Origin: an uncultured cyanobacterium
GTDB taxonomy: Bacteria; Cyanobacteriota; Cyanobacteriia; Pseudanabaenales; Pseudanabaenaceae
NCBI GenBank assembly: GCA_963703315.1
Contig: OY969811.1
Location: forward strand, 1,824,001-1,888,000
Direction of reading: 5' to 3'
Length of the DNA: 64,000 nt
Part shown: piece after piece, positions 19,496-29,375 of the stretch
Position numbering within the stretch: position 1 is the first letter of the stretch
Layout: each line of letters opens with the position of its first letter
Position numbers and translations under genes: made by a program
Notes under the pieces: model-generated
What the model saw: only the letters and a program-made list of their open reading frames with translations
Database searches by the model: none
What the model was told of the DNA's origin: nothing

Positions 19496-20038
19496 ATGTC
19501 AGAAGCGATCTTTTTGTTGGGTTTGTCATTTTTGTTAGTGGTCGTTTGCTTGACGATTCTTTTATTGACTGCAATTCCCGCTTTTCAGGAATTAGCAAAG
19601 GCAGCAAATAGTATCATTCGTTTAGCCGATACCTTGACGCGAGAGCTACCTGCAACCTTAGAAGCAATTAGGATGACGGGGTTAGAACTCAGTGAGTTAA
19701 GCGATGAACTTAATCAAGGTGCAAAAAGTGCTGGTGAGGCGGTCAAACAAGTTAATGATGGTATTAAAGGCGTGCGACAAAGTGCTTCTAGTGCCTCGAT
19801 CGCTACAAAAAGCGCCTTTGCTGGTATCAAAGCAGGCTTAAAATCTCTCGGTCGTCCGCGTCGCTCAAAGCGATCGCCTTCAGATTTGTACGCAGACAAT
19901 TCCCGTTCTAATAATTTATCTGCTGGTAAAGACTCAGACAACGAAATTCAGCTTGATAGCCCTAATCAAGATCAATTAATCACTCCCGATGATATGCGCT
20001 CTGAAGGATTTATGGGAGATTTAACACCTGATGATTAG
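19496..20038 (+). CDS. DUF948 (YtxG-like) membrane protein
   Basis: TM helix then LADTLTRELPATLEAIRMTGLE; adjacent to ytxH. Confidence 0.8.
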   Translation: MSEAIFLLGLSFLLVVVCLTILLLTAIPAFQELAKAANSIIRLADTLTRELPATLEAIRMTGLELSELSDELNQGAKSAGEAVKQVNDGIKGVRQSASSASIATKSAFAGIKAGLKSLGRPRRSKRSPSDLYADNSRSNNLSAGKDSDNEIQLDSPNQDQLITPDDMRSEGFMGDLTPDD

Positions 20039-20063
20039 CCTGATGATTAGAAAGATAGGCAAT

Positions 20064-20492
20064 TTACTCTTCTTGATGATTGCAGCGATCGCACAAACCA
20101 CTAACTGTTACTTCGTAGTTATCAACTTTTAAACCTGAACGAATTTGCTGGAAACCTAGCCCCTCAAATGCGTTCCAAGCAATATCCTCAATCTCCCCAC
20201 AACATTTGCATCGGAAATGATGATGAGGCTCAACCTTGGCATCATAGCGACATACCCCTTGTTCTAGTAAAACTTCACGCACTAGCCCTGCATCACGCAA
20301 AGTTTGAAGTGAGAGATACACGGTCGCCTGTGATGAAGTGGGTGCATTTTCGTTGAGATCGCTCAAGATTTGCTCAGCAGTGGGGTGATCTTGGCGATCG
20401 AGCAAATTGGCATAGACAGCAAAGCGCTGTGGCGTGACCCGCAACCCCTTAGATTTCAAGATTTGAACAACCCGATCTGCTTGCTTTTGCAT
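20064..20492 (-). CDS. perR: Fur-family peroxide regulator PerR
   Basis: GLRVTPQR, HPTAE, HHHFRCKCC, CDRC; divergent from a peroxiredoxin. Confidence 0.85.
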   Translation of the reverse strand: MQKQADRVVQILKSKGLRVTPQRFAVYANLLDRQDHPTAEQILSDLNENAPTSSQATVYLSLQTLRDAGLVREVLLEQGVCRYDAKVEPHHHFRCKCCGEIEDIAWNAFEGLGFQQIRSGLKVDNYEVTVSGLCDRCNHQEE

Positions 20493-20547
20493 ATAAACCT
20501 CCTCCTAATTCTCGCTCTAGTTTTCTAATCAAGTCTTTGCTGACTTG

Positions 20548-20662
20548 TATAGCAAAGAAAGTTTTGCTTAGGACATAAAACCAGAAGATGAGTTGCGGCG
20601 CTTCGCGCCGCAACTCACTTCTTGGGTTTTGGTTTGTACTAGCTAACTCTTACTTTGATATA
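20548..20662. mobile_element. TATAGC-ended palindromic MITE (a degenerate inverted copy follows at about 20725-20826)
   Basis: Near-identical to 57580-57695; core gagttgcggcgc-ttc-gcgccgcaactc. Confidence 0.75.
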
Positions 20663-20923
20663 CCATTTTAAAAATTTAGAAAACTAGAGCGATTTAAAAA
20701 AATTTTCCAAGTACATCTGTCCCTATCGGCATTAAGACAAATCACAACCCAATAAGCGAGGAGTGGCGCAAAGCACCGCAGCTCGTCTTCTGGTTTTGTG
20801 TCCTAAAAAAACTAGCGACAGCTATAAATAGCTTGCTTGACTATTTGTATAGCCAATATATCATCTCTATCTAGGAACTACAAATTTATTAAGGTTTTTC
20901 AAATAATTAAGTTAATCTGGTTA

Positions 20924-20954
20924 TTGACTAATTTCTAAATAAGAACTATTCTTA
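20924..20954 (+). promoter_or_regulatory. Sigma70-type promoter of prx overlapped by a Per-box-like palindrome
   Basis: TTGACT(20924)-17 bp-TATTCT(20947); inverted repeat TAAGAA-cta-TTCTTA at 20940-20954. Confidence 0.6.
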
Positions 20955-20990
20955 ATTTTGTTCAGATAAGCATTAATTCCAGAAAAAAAT

Positions 20991-21563
20991 ATGGCAGTTA
21001 TCGAAACCGTACCAAACGTTGTATTTAAGACCCGTGTACGTGATGAGTCCGTAGGTGGTCCTAACCCCTATCGTTGGGAAGATAAAACCACTCAAGATCT
21101 TTTTGCTGGTAAGAAAGTAGTAGTTTTCTCTCTACCTGGTGCATTCACTCCTACCTGCTCATCCAACCACTTACCTCGCTATGAAGAACTTTATGAGGAG
21201 TTCAAGGCATTAGGTGTTGATGCAGTTATTTGTGTATCTGTTAACGATGCTTTCGTAATGTTTAAGTGGGGCAAAGAAGTCGGTGCTAAGAATGTATTCT
21301 TGCTCCCCGATGGTGCTGGCGAATTTACCCGCAAGATGGGTATGCTCGTTGATAAGTCCAATATTGGCTTTGGTCTACGTTCTTGGCGCTATTCTATGTT
21401 TGTAAATGATAGCAAGATTGAAAAAATCTTCGTAGAACCTGGTTTTGCTGATAACTGTGCAACCGATCCTTTTGAAGTTTCCGACGCTGATACTATGTTG
21501 GCTTACTTGAAGGGTGCTGCACCTGCTGGTGTATCTGCTCCTCGCTTAGCATTTGAAGGCTAA
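20991..21563 (+). CDS. Type II peroxiredoxin (Prx5/Sll1621-like)
   Basis: [26 protein letters not shown]. Confidence 0.95.
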   Translation: MAVIETVPNVVFKTRVRDESVGGPNPYRWEDKTTQDLFAGKKVVVFSLPGAFTPTCSSNHLPRYEELYEEFKALGVDAVICVSVNDAFVMFKWGKEVGAKNVFLLPDGAGEFTRKMGMLVDKSNIGFGLRSWRYSMFVNDSKIEKIFVEPGFADNCATDPFEVSDADTMLAYLKGAAPAGVSAPRLAFEG

Positions 21564-21627
21564 TCTCTAAAATAGAAAAGTGCGCTGAGCGCACTTTTCT
21601 ATTTTTAATAACAAAATTTAAAATGGG

Positions 21628-22638
21628 GTGGCTATGAAACTCTCTAGCAAAAATCTAAATGAACGCCTTGAGACTGTCTACGATGCGATCGTAGTCGGCG
21701 GTGGTATGGGTGGACTATCGGCAGCAATCTATCTTGCTCGCTATGGTCTGAAGTGCTTGATTGTCGAAAAAGGCAAAGGGCGATCGCTCTGGATGCAAGA
21801 TTTGCGTAACTATGTCGGACTTGACCCCACCACCCCAGGGCGCGACATTTTGAATCATGGTACAAAGACGGCTATAGATTGGGGAGCCGATCATTTACGT
21901 GGCTATGTGGAAGAAGTCGTCGATGAAGGCGAAACTTTTGCGGTGAAGGTGAAAGTTGGTAAGCAGAATAGTATTTATCCAGTATTTCGCAGCAAGTATG
22001 TAATCGCAGCTTCAGGAATCATCGACAATTTGCCTCAATTGGAAGATATGCAGAATGTCTATGATTATGCAGGCTATACGCTTCATGTCTGCATGATCTG
22101 CGATGGTTTTGATATGTGGGATCAGAAGGCAGTTTTGATTGTCAATTCAGAGTCTCAAATTGGTGCTGCCTTTGTCTTGAACTGGTTCACTCCTTATATT
22201 TCTGTTTTGACTCACGGCTTGTGTGAAGTCAGTGATGCGATGAAACAAAAGTTAGCGGAACATGGTTATCCGTTGTATGAAACGGCGATCGCTAAATTTC
22301 ATGGTGAGAATCATCATCTTAGTGGCGTGGAACTTACCGATGGCACAATTGTGGAAGCGACCACTGGTTTGGTGGGCATGGGTTCGGTTTACTTTAACCA
22401 ATACCTCAAAGGGATCGAAGGTTTGGAATGGGATGGTCAGAACTTAGTCACCAATGATATGTGTAAGACTAGCCACGATCGCATTTTTGCCCTTGGTGAT
22501 TTGAAGAAAGGCTTAAACCAAGTTTCGATCGCTGTAGCCGATGGAACCTTAGCTGCAACTCAAATCTGGCGAAATATCCGCCGTGCTAGTCCTCCTCGCA
22601 AATGGGAAGAAAACATCAAAGTTCCTACTACAGTTTAA
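21628..22638 (+). CDS. Thioredoxin-reductase-like flavoprotein (DDOR/Slr0600-like)
   Basis: VGGGMGGLSAA FAD motif, CMICDG redox motif, FALGD; no GxGxxA NADPH motif visible. Confidence 0.8.
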   Translation: MAMKLSSKNLNERLETVYDAIVVGGGMGGLSAAIYLARYGLKCLIVEKGKGRSLWMQDLRNYVGLDPTTPGRDILNHGTKTAIDWGADHLRGYVEEVVDEGETFAVKVKVGKQNSIYPVFRSKYVIAASGIIDNLPQLEDMQNVYDYAGYTLHVCMICDGFDMWDQKAVLIVNSESQIGAAFVLNWFTPYISVLTHGLCEVSDAMKQKLAEHGYPLYETAIAKFHGENHHLSGVELTDGTIVEATTGLVGMGSVYFNQYLKGIEGLEWDGQNLVTNDMCKTSHDRIFALGDLKKGLNQVSIAVADGTLAATQIWRNIRRASPPRKWEENIKVPTTV

Positions 22639-22756
22639 AAAAGAAGCCTCGCGATGCGAGGCTTCTTTTTTAGGCAGTTTTTATTTTGCCATAGGCAAAA
22701 TAAAAACTGCGTTAAAATTGGGTAAGCTGAAAGGAGTAATTGGGGCTAGATGAGCT

Positions 22757-23380
22757 ATGACCCTTGCGATCACACAAGTACAGCATCAACCTGTAAGCCT
22801 AGATGAGTTTATTGCCCGTTATGGTGGTGATAATCGCTATGAATTGATCGATGGAGAGGTGTTCAATTTGGAACCAACGGGGCAACATGAGGAAGTTGCA
22901 GCTTTGATCACGGCAAAAATCTGTGTGCAGATTGATCAATTATGTTTGCCTTGGTTTGTGTTGCAAAGGGGCTTGTTTCGTCCATCTAATGCAAGTATGA
23001 CGGCTTTTCGTCCTGATGTGATGGTTGTAGATCGGACTGAAGTTGCGAAAGAACCGCTCTGGCGAGAACAATCGATCATTACAATGGGTAGTTCAATCAA
23101 GTTTGTCGCGGAAGTTGTGAGTGGTAATTGGCAAAATGATTATGCGCGTAAGGTTGAGGATTACGCAGCTTTAGGTATTCCTGAATATTGGATTGCCGAT
23201 TATTTAGGTTTAGGCGGGATTCGACACATTGGCAAGCCTAAGCAACCTACGCTTTCGATCTGCACTTTGCTAGACGGAGAGTATGAAATTAATTTGTTTC
23301 GTGGTAATGATGCGATCGCTTCGCCCACATTTCCAAATTTGAACTTAACTGCTGGACAAATTTTGAATGCTAGGATGTGA
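22757..23380 (+). CDS. Uma2 family endonuclease
   Basis: RYELIDGE, RPDVMV, VAEVVS, DYARK..DY..LGIPEYWI. Confidence 0.92.
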   Translation: MTLAITQVQHQPVSLDEFIARYGGDNRYELIDGEVFNLEPTGQHEEVAALITAKICVQIDQLCLPWFVLQRGLFRPSNASMTAFRPDVMVVDRTEVAKEPLWREQSIITMGSSIKFVAEVVSGNWQNDYARKVEDYAALGIPEYWIADYLGLGGIRHIGKPKQPTLSICTLLDGEYEINLFRGNDAIASPTFPNLNLTAGQILNARM

Positions 23381-23474
23381 AACTATGCTTTATAGGATAC
23401 AGGCAAGGATTAAATTGTTTTCGCAATCAACTTATTATTAAGCCTATTAACTAAGGCGATTTACCAAACCCAAA

Positions 23475-24482
23475 ATGCTTAAACGATCTGAAATTTACAG
23501 ACTTGTTAATGATTACATAGGTGTATCCGAAGGATATTTAAATGGATTTTCTTACAAAACCCATACTGAGTTCTATCCTTATTATTGTGATTTAGACAAT
23601 ATTAACGTAACTGAGTATGAGCCAGCTAGTACACGAGAAAAATTTATTCGTATACTTGAAACTGCAAATCCATTAACCCAAGCTCAAATCTTGAAAGGAG
23701 TATTTAAGAAGTTTTCTGTATCGTCTTTTGAAGAACATGATAAGGAGAAAAAACAAGAGATTTATGATGAGTATCAAGAAATAATTTCAAGACTTGAGTC
23801 TTTAGGTTGCAGTATTAGTGGTGAAATTAAAAACTTGATTTTTGCTGCGAATGGTCCAAAACCTGAAATTGTTTTGTCTAATGCAACTACTAATGAGATA
23901 AAGATTGTCAAAAATGAGAATTATTGTTTGGTATATGATAGACCAATTAGTGAAAAAGGACTGCCATGGGAAGAATTAGTTAATTGGTGGTGTGACCGAG
24001 AAAATCTGAATGCTAAGACTCGTTCTAAACAGCGTCATAGTCTTTTTAATAGATTGCTAGCATCTATTGAGAATAACGAACCAGAGAAAATTTTGTTCTA
24101 TACATACTATAAATACTTCTTTGAGAACTTAGGGGATAAGCTACCAGCATTAATTCCACAAGTTTACTTACATTACGATCCTTATACTTGGAAACAACTA
24201 AACGAAATAAAAAGATTGGCAAGACAAAGAATGGATTTCTTATTGTTACTTCCTTATGGTAAAAATGTTGTGATTGAAATAGATGGTAAGCAGCACTATT
24301 CTATAAATGAACAAGTTAGTCCTTATCTTTATGCAGAGATGGTTACAGAGGATAGACGTTTAAAGCTTACTGGTTATGAGATATATAGATTTGGTGGTTA
24401 TGAATTTCTAGAGTTAGAGAAAGCACAGATAACAATAAAAGATTTTTTTAAGGATCTATTCAAGTTGCACTCTATAAGTTGA
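23475..24482 (+). CDS. AbiJ-NTD3-like protein with C-terminal PD-(D/E)xK/Vsr-like nuclease domain
   Basis: KNLIFAANGPKPEIVL, CLVYDRP, PALIPQVYLHYDP, QRMDFLLL, VIEIDGKQHY, DRRLKLTGYEIYRFGG; AT-rich and no HIP1. Confidence 0.7.
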   Translation: MLKRSEIYRLVNDYIGVSEGYLNGFSYKTHTEFYPYYCDLDNINVTEYEPASTREKFIRILETANPLTQAQILKGVFKKFSVSSFEEHDKEKKQEIYDEYQEIISRLESLGCSISGEIKNLIFAANGPKPEIVLSNATTNEIKIVKNENYCLVYDRPISEKGLPWEELVNWWCDRENLNAKTRSKQRHSLFNRLLASIENNEPEKILFYTYYKYFFENLGDKLPALIPQVYLHYDPYTWKQLNEIKRLARQRMDFLLLLPYGKNVVIEIDGKQHYSINEQVSPYLYAEMVTEDRRLKLTGYEIYRFGGYEFLELEKAQITIKDFFKDLFKLHSIS

Positions 24483-24540
24483 TTCTATCAACCTAATGCT
24501 TCTTTGCAAAATTTGACTTTTAAAGAATAGAACTGCTTTT

Positions 24541-24957
24541 ATGTATAAAGACATTGATACTTTCACTGATTCTCAAGCAACACAACTTTATGAGCTTTAT
24601 CAGCATGAATGGTGGACAAAAGGAAGAACACTAGATGATGTTCATAAGATGTTAATTAACTCCGATTACATATTCGGAATTTGTGAATCTCATTCTCAGA
24701 AACTTGTAGCATTTGCGCGTGTTGTTAGCGATCGCACCTATAGAGCGATCATCTATGACGTAATTGTGGCAGCAGATTATCGTCATCAAGGCTTAGGTTC
24801 ATTACTTATTGAGCAAATTGTGTCACATCCTGAAATATCACAGCTTGAGTGTATTCAACTATTTTGCTTGCCAGAGATGATACCTTTTTATCAAAAATTT
24901 GGATTTACTAAACCTGAAACATCTTTGTTAGTGCGCCAAAGGGTAGAAAAAAGCTAG
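24541..24957 (+). CDS. GNAT family N-acetyltransferase
   Basis: DVIVAADYRHQGLG, FYQKFGF. Confidence 0.92.
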   Translation: MYKDIDTFTDSQATQLYELYQHEWWTKGRTLDDVHKMLINSDYIFGICESHSQKLVAFARVVSDRTYRAIIYDVIVAADYRHQGLGSLLIEQIVSHPEISQLECIQLFCLPEMIPFYQKFGFTKPETSLLVRQRVEKS

Positions 24958-24983
24958 TGTATTTTGTGGATTAACCATTGCTT

Positions 24984-27494
24984 TTACTCTTCTAAAGATC
25001 CACGAGTTACACCGAGTTGATTTTGCAACTTTAACTCCTTCCAAAGCTTAGAACCAGAAATTTTGCCAGCTAAGAGTTGTTGATAACGGTTAATCGTTTC
25101 TAATACTTGCAAAGGTGACTCATTGACAAACTCTAAACGGAAATGTCGCACACCTAGTTCTAGAAAGCGTTGTACAAATTCTGCACCTGTTTGAGCAGTG
25201 CCATTAAATACCGTATTGCGACAACCTGCGTCAGCTAATAAGACGTGTTCGGCTCCTGTGCGATCGCGCAATTTCACCTCATGCTTGTCACAGGGACGAC
25301 CGCAATTAGTGTAATCAGTTCCCTCAGAGAGAAACGCGCAAAATACGCAATGCTCCATATGGAACATGGGCATATGTTGATGGATGGTAATTTCAAACCA
25401 TTGAGGAGGACATTTTTTGAGTAGGGATTCCAATTGATGGATGCTGAGATCGTAGGAAGCGGTGAGGCGTTCTAGGGGAAAAGATTGCTTGAAATAATTG
25501 GCGGTTAAAGGATTCGCGATATTAAATGAGAAATCAGCAATAATTCTTTCTTCTGCAAAAAATTGTAAATGGTCGTAATTGCGAATCAGATAACCATCGG
25601 CGTTACTAGAGCGCACTTGCTTAAGAATATAGTTCTCATTGGGTTTGGTAATGCGTGGTGGCGCAACCCAAATTTCAGGAGCATGAGCAGCTTGTCTCGC
25701 CATTTCCACCGCAGATTTATAGGATGTGGGATCTTCAAATTCGCAATAGATAGTCGCAATATCGGTAGTTAGAACTGCTTTTAATTGTTCTAAATTTCGT
25801 ACTAAAACAATCGCTTGAGGCGCAATCTCAGGACTAGATTCAGGCTTAGGCAGTAAATCAGTATAAGAATGAGAATTTAATTGCCAACGCTTCGGACTGC
25901 TGCGAAGAGTATCTAACTGCTCAACCAGTTCTCGGCGAATGCGATTTAATTCACTCACAGGAAGCATTGCTGCGCCTTGCAAATGATTGTGCAGAGTTCC
26001 CAAACAGAAAGGCGTATTTCCCAATCTTCCCAACTGTTCTGTTAAACGTTCCGTTGTTAAAGGTTTATTATTCGCTTCCTCTAACGGCATTGCGGAATCC
26101 ACTTGAGCGATATTTCCTTGACGATCGCGGGCGATCGCTGTCAAAGCCTGTCCAACTTCGCCATGAATTTCGAGGTCAATGGGACGCTGAAAGAGTATCT
26201 TTTCGCTGGTGTAGGTTTGGCGCAATTGCTTATCGAGTTCAGGATCATTGGTTTTCCAGAGGCGATCGCCTACGCGCACCCGCCGCAAATCCACATCGCG
26301 CCGCCCAAAGGTGACAAGCGTATCTTCGCCCTGCAATTCCACTGCATAGATACGTCCGCCTTCTTCGCGATCGGCAGGTTTACCCGCATCGAAAACCACA
26401 CCATCCCCCGCTTTGAGAGGAGATTGCAAGCATAGCACCACCTGTTTATCGCGCCCATCACGAATCTCGGTAATTTCGCCCAAATACACACCGCGTTTTT
26501 TGCCAAATCGGGCATGGACAAGGGCTTGATTATCGATGCCATCCAGCCAACCTGTGTATAAGCCTCGCGAAAATGCCATTTCTAACTGGTAGCGATCGCC
26601 TGCACTCACTTGATTTTCTATGCCTTGCACTACCTGATCAATGGCTTGACGATACACCTGCGTCACGCTTGCCACATATTCAGGATGCTTCAAACGTCCC
26701 TCAATTTTCAGGGATACCACTCCCGCCTCAATCAATTCTGGCAAAACCGCTAACCCCGCTAAATCTTGCGGACTAAGCAGATAACGGCGATCGCCTAAAT
26801 CCATTGGCTGACCATCGACAATCATTTCGTAGGGCATCCGACAGGCTTGGGCGCATTCACCACGATTTGCCGATCGCCCGCCCAAAGATTCACTGGTCAA
26901 ACATTGCCCCGAATAGGCGACGCACAAAGCCCCATGCACAAATACTTCTAGGGGTAGCGAAATTTGGCGATCGCCGATATGCTTTTGGATTTTGCGAATT
27001 TCGGTGATCGAGCATTCTCGCGCTAAAACCACCAAATCACAGCCCAGAGACTTGGCAAACTCCACACCTGCGCCACTAGTTACCGTCATCTGGGTTGAGC
27101 CATGAATGGGAAAATCGGGCGACAAATGGCGAATTAAGCGACATAAGCCCACATCCTGCACGATCGCTGCATCCACTCCCGCCGCAATAATCGATCGCAA
27201 ATAGGATTCCACCGAGCCTAATTCCGAAGTAAAAATCAAGGTATTGAGGGTCACATAACCCTTCACGCCGCGATGGTGCAGAAATGCCATCAACTCTGGC
27301 AAATCCGCTTCCGTAAAGTTATGCGCCCGCATCCTCGCATTAAATTTTTCTAAGCCAAAATAAATGGCATCCGCCCCATTTTCCACTGCTGCTTTTGCAC
27401 ATTCCCAAGTCCCCGCAGGTGCAAGTAGCTCAGGAGCTTTGATGGTAGGACGTGCAAGATCAGTCTCTAAAGACATTGGCTGATTAACGGGCAT
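24984..27494 (-). CDS. Peptidase U32 family protein with DUF3656 (RlhA-like rRNA hydroxylation factor)
   Basis: PELLAPAG, HGSTQM, EVFVHGALCVAYSGQC, RGECAQACR, LKIEGRLK. Confidence 0.9.
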   Translation of the reverse strand: MPVNQPMSLETDLARPTIKAPELLAPAGTWECAKAAVENGADAIYFGLEKFNARMRAHNFTEADLPELMAFLHHRGVKGYVTLNTLIFTSELGSVESYLRSIIAAGVDAAIVQDVGLCRLIRHLSPDFPIHGSTQMTVTSGAGVEFAKSLGCDLVVLARECSITEIRKIQKHIGDRQISLPLEVFVHGALCVAYSGQCLTSESLGGRSANRGECAQACRMPYEMIVDGQPMDLGDRRYLLSPQDLAGLAVLPELIEAGVVSLKIEGRLKHPEYVASVTQVYRQAIDQVVQGIENQVSAGDRYQLEMAFSRGLYTGWLDGIDNQALVHARFGKKRGVYLGEITEIRDGRDKQVVLCLQSPLKAGDGVVFDAGKPADREEGGRIYAVELQGEDTLVTFGRRDVDLRRVRVGDRLWKTNDPELDKQLRQTYTSEKILFQRPIDLEIHGEVGQALTAIARDRQGNIAQVDSAMPLEEANNKPLTTERLTEQLGRLGNTPFCLGTLHNHLQGAAMLPVSELNRIRRELVEQLDTLRSSPKRWQLNSHSYTDLLPKPESSPEIAPQAIVLVRNLEQLKAVLTTDIATIYCEFEDPTSYKSAVEMARQAAHAPEIWVAPPRITKPNENYILKQVRSSNADGYLIRNYDHLQFFAEERIIADFSFNIANPLTANYFKQSFPLERLTASYDLSIHQLESLLKKCPPQWFEITIHQHMPMFHMEHCVFCAFLSEGTDYTNCGRPCDKHEVKLRDRTGAEHVLLADAGCRNTVFNGTAQTGAEFVQRFLELGVRHFRLEFVNESPLQVLETINRYQQLLAGKISGSKLWKELKLQNQLGVTRGSLEE

Positions 27495-27559
27495 AGGAAA
27501 AATGTGGAGTGCTACTCTATTCTAGGCTAATACACAATTCTACAAACTTGTAGATTCCG

Positions 27560-28855
27560 TTAGATGGCACTCTCAATTTGGGCGATCGCTTGTTCAGGAG
27601 TCGCATTACCATAAATCACAGACATAATCGCTGGGAGATACTGATCCATCGTCAAAACATTGGTATAAATCAATTGTCTGAGCAAAGCAAAGGTAATGCG
27701 ATCGCCATTGACATCAATACTCGTTTTAAAGCGAATTTCTCCATCCGAAAAATCCATCTCAAAGTTACCCATCAATAAACAATAATTACAACGGGTTAAC
27801 AATTCTGCAAGGCTATATCTACGGTTTTCAGGAACATTCACAGGACAGACAGAATAAAATGCTATCCTTTGCTTTTCTTCTAAACTCCATGCATAACAAG
27901 CCCACTGACCATTTTCGCCCTGAAACATAGATCGAAGAACTGGTTCTCCTTCGGTCTGCACAAAATCCCAATTATCGCGTTGAAAGAAATCTACTAATGC
28001 TTCCAGTAATTGCGGTGATGGAGTATCTGCCTCATCATCTAGAGATACATTAATATCATCCAACTGATTAATTAAACCTGTAATCTCTGCTTGAAAATCT
28101 GAACTAAGCTCCTGCGATAGTACATTAGAGAATAGATTATTAGACTTCTTGGATTTTTTCTGTTTTTTTGACTTTGGAAGGTTCTGTTTTGCTTGTGGTG
28201 GCAGTTGTTGATTAATCAATTGTTTCACAAATTCAATAACTTCAGATTGGATTTCACTATTTTCACCTAAAGATATTTTCGAGAAATTTGTCTTAATTTG
28301 CTCTTCGACAAACTGATTCATGACTTCTGTCATGCGCCCATTACTAAGTGCTTCTTCACTCATGTCCGAAGGCTTGATATATGTCCAAATGGTACGATAG
28401 CCATAGATGTCAGGTTCTAGCCCCTGTGTTACTGATAAGCCCAGCCAATTTTCTGTAGACAAAAAGGAACTACTTGGTTTATTTTGACTGAGATGTTGGA
28501 AAAAACTGCTAAGTTCTTCTAGATCTGTCACTTTTGTAGCTAATTGTGAAAATAGCTCTGGCTGCAAACTCACTTGAAGAATAACATTCTGATCGGGAAC
28601 TAAGGTTTGGTGAGAAATGGGAATCCTAAATTCAGGATTAAGATTGAACAAGGCATCCGTATCTATTCTTCGATAAATTTCTGGATCAGCTTGAAGCGTT
28701 AGGTTACATTCTAATATTTCACCTTCTGTTTGAATCATGCTTAAATCTAATACTTGCAAGCTTAGGGAAGCTTGATGGGGATCAAAAAAAGTTAAATTAT
28801 TTCCCACAACATAATCAAGGATAGGAATATTTTGTGTTACAGAATCAGACATCAA
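27560..28855 (-). CDS. YbjN domain protein (type III chaperone-like fold) with large N-terminal extension
   Basis: C-terminal F.GENG.W.C, FYSVCP, GNFEMDFSDGEIRFKTSID typical of YbjN. Confidence 0.82.
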   Translation of the reverse strand: MMSDSVTQNIPILDYVVGNNLTFFDPHQASLSLQVLDLSMIQTEGEILECNLTLQADPEIYRRIDTDALFNLNPEFRIPISHQTLVPDQNVILQVSLQPELFSQLATKVTDLEELSSFFQHLSQNKPSSSFLSTENWLGLSVTQGLEPDIYGYRTIWTYIKPSDMSEEALSNGRMTEVMNQFVEEQIKTNFSKISLGENSEIQSEVIEFVKQLINQQLPPQAKQNLPKSKKQKKSKKSNNLFSNVLSQELSSDFQAEITGLINQLDDINVSLDDEADTPSPQLLEALVDFFQRDNWDFVQTEGEPVLRSMFQGENGQWACYAWSLEEKQRIAFYSVCPVNVPENRRYSLAELLTRCNYCLLMGNFEMDFSDGEIRFKTSIDVNGDRITFALLRQLIYTNVLTMDQYLPAIMSVIYGNATPEQAIAQIESAI

Positions 28856-29333
28856 TAGATTTTCCTTTTACTTGTAGGTGTCCCCATATTGCCGTACCTA
28901 CAGCCGTAACAATTGTAGACACTGCGACTATAGTAAACCTTGACCAAATTACTTGCTTGATCAAAGCTGGACTGAGTTCAGTTGCACTTTTACCGCCAAA
29001 TATCGTTGGAATATTTGTGGCAGGAACGAAGAAGATAAAAGTAGCAAATAAAGCGCCTAACGCTCCAGTTACTAACATCAAAACTAAAGCATCGGAACTA
29101 TTTAGATAAACGGATCGTGACTTTGATTTGAGATTTAGCCAAGTTGAGACTATCAATGTGGCTGGTAAAATAACCACAAGTGAAAGATAAACGTTAGCGG
29201 CTACAGAGGCGATCGCCTCAATGCTACCACCTCCAACCAGCAATCCAATCCAGCCAGCCACTACACCAATCAATAAGCCAATAAATCCTAAGGCGATCGC
29301 TTGATAGAAACCTGATTTGATAATTTGTGCCAT
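28845..29333 (-). CDS. Four-TM membrane protein (candidate immunity/accessory protein)
   Basis: Four hydrophobic segments; AGGAG RBS; 3' end overlaps the ybjN-like start. Confidence 0.75.
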   Translation of the reverse strand: MAQIIKSGFYQAIALGFIGLLIGVVAGWIGLLVGGGSIEAIASVAANVYLSLVVILPATLIVSTWLNLKSKSRSVYLNSSDALVLMLVTGALGALFATFIFFVPATNIPTIFGGKSATELSPALIKQVIWSRFTIVAVSTIVTAVGTAIWGHLQVKGKSIDV

Positions 29334-29375
29334 GCTAATGTCTCCTAACTTTTACGACCAAACCATCGGCTTCTA

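Noticed and set aside
5944..23380. Two Uma2 genes as a defence system
   Set aside because: Uma2/DUF820 paralogs are abundant and scattered in cyanobacteria; no linked partner genes
25900..27450. GC-richer 5' part of the U32 gene as a foreign insert
   Set aside because: Frame is continuous, HIP1 sites are abundant and no boundaries are visible; impression only, not computed
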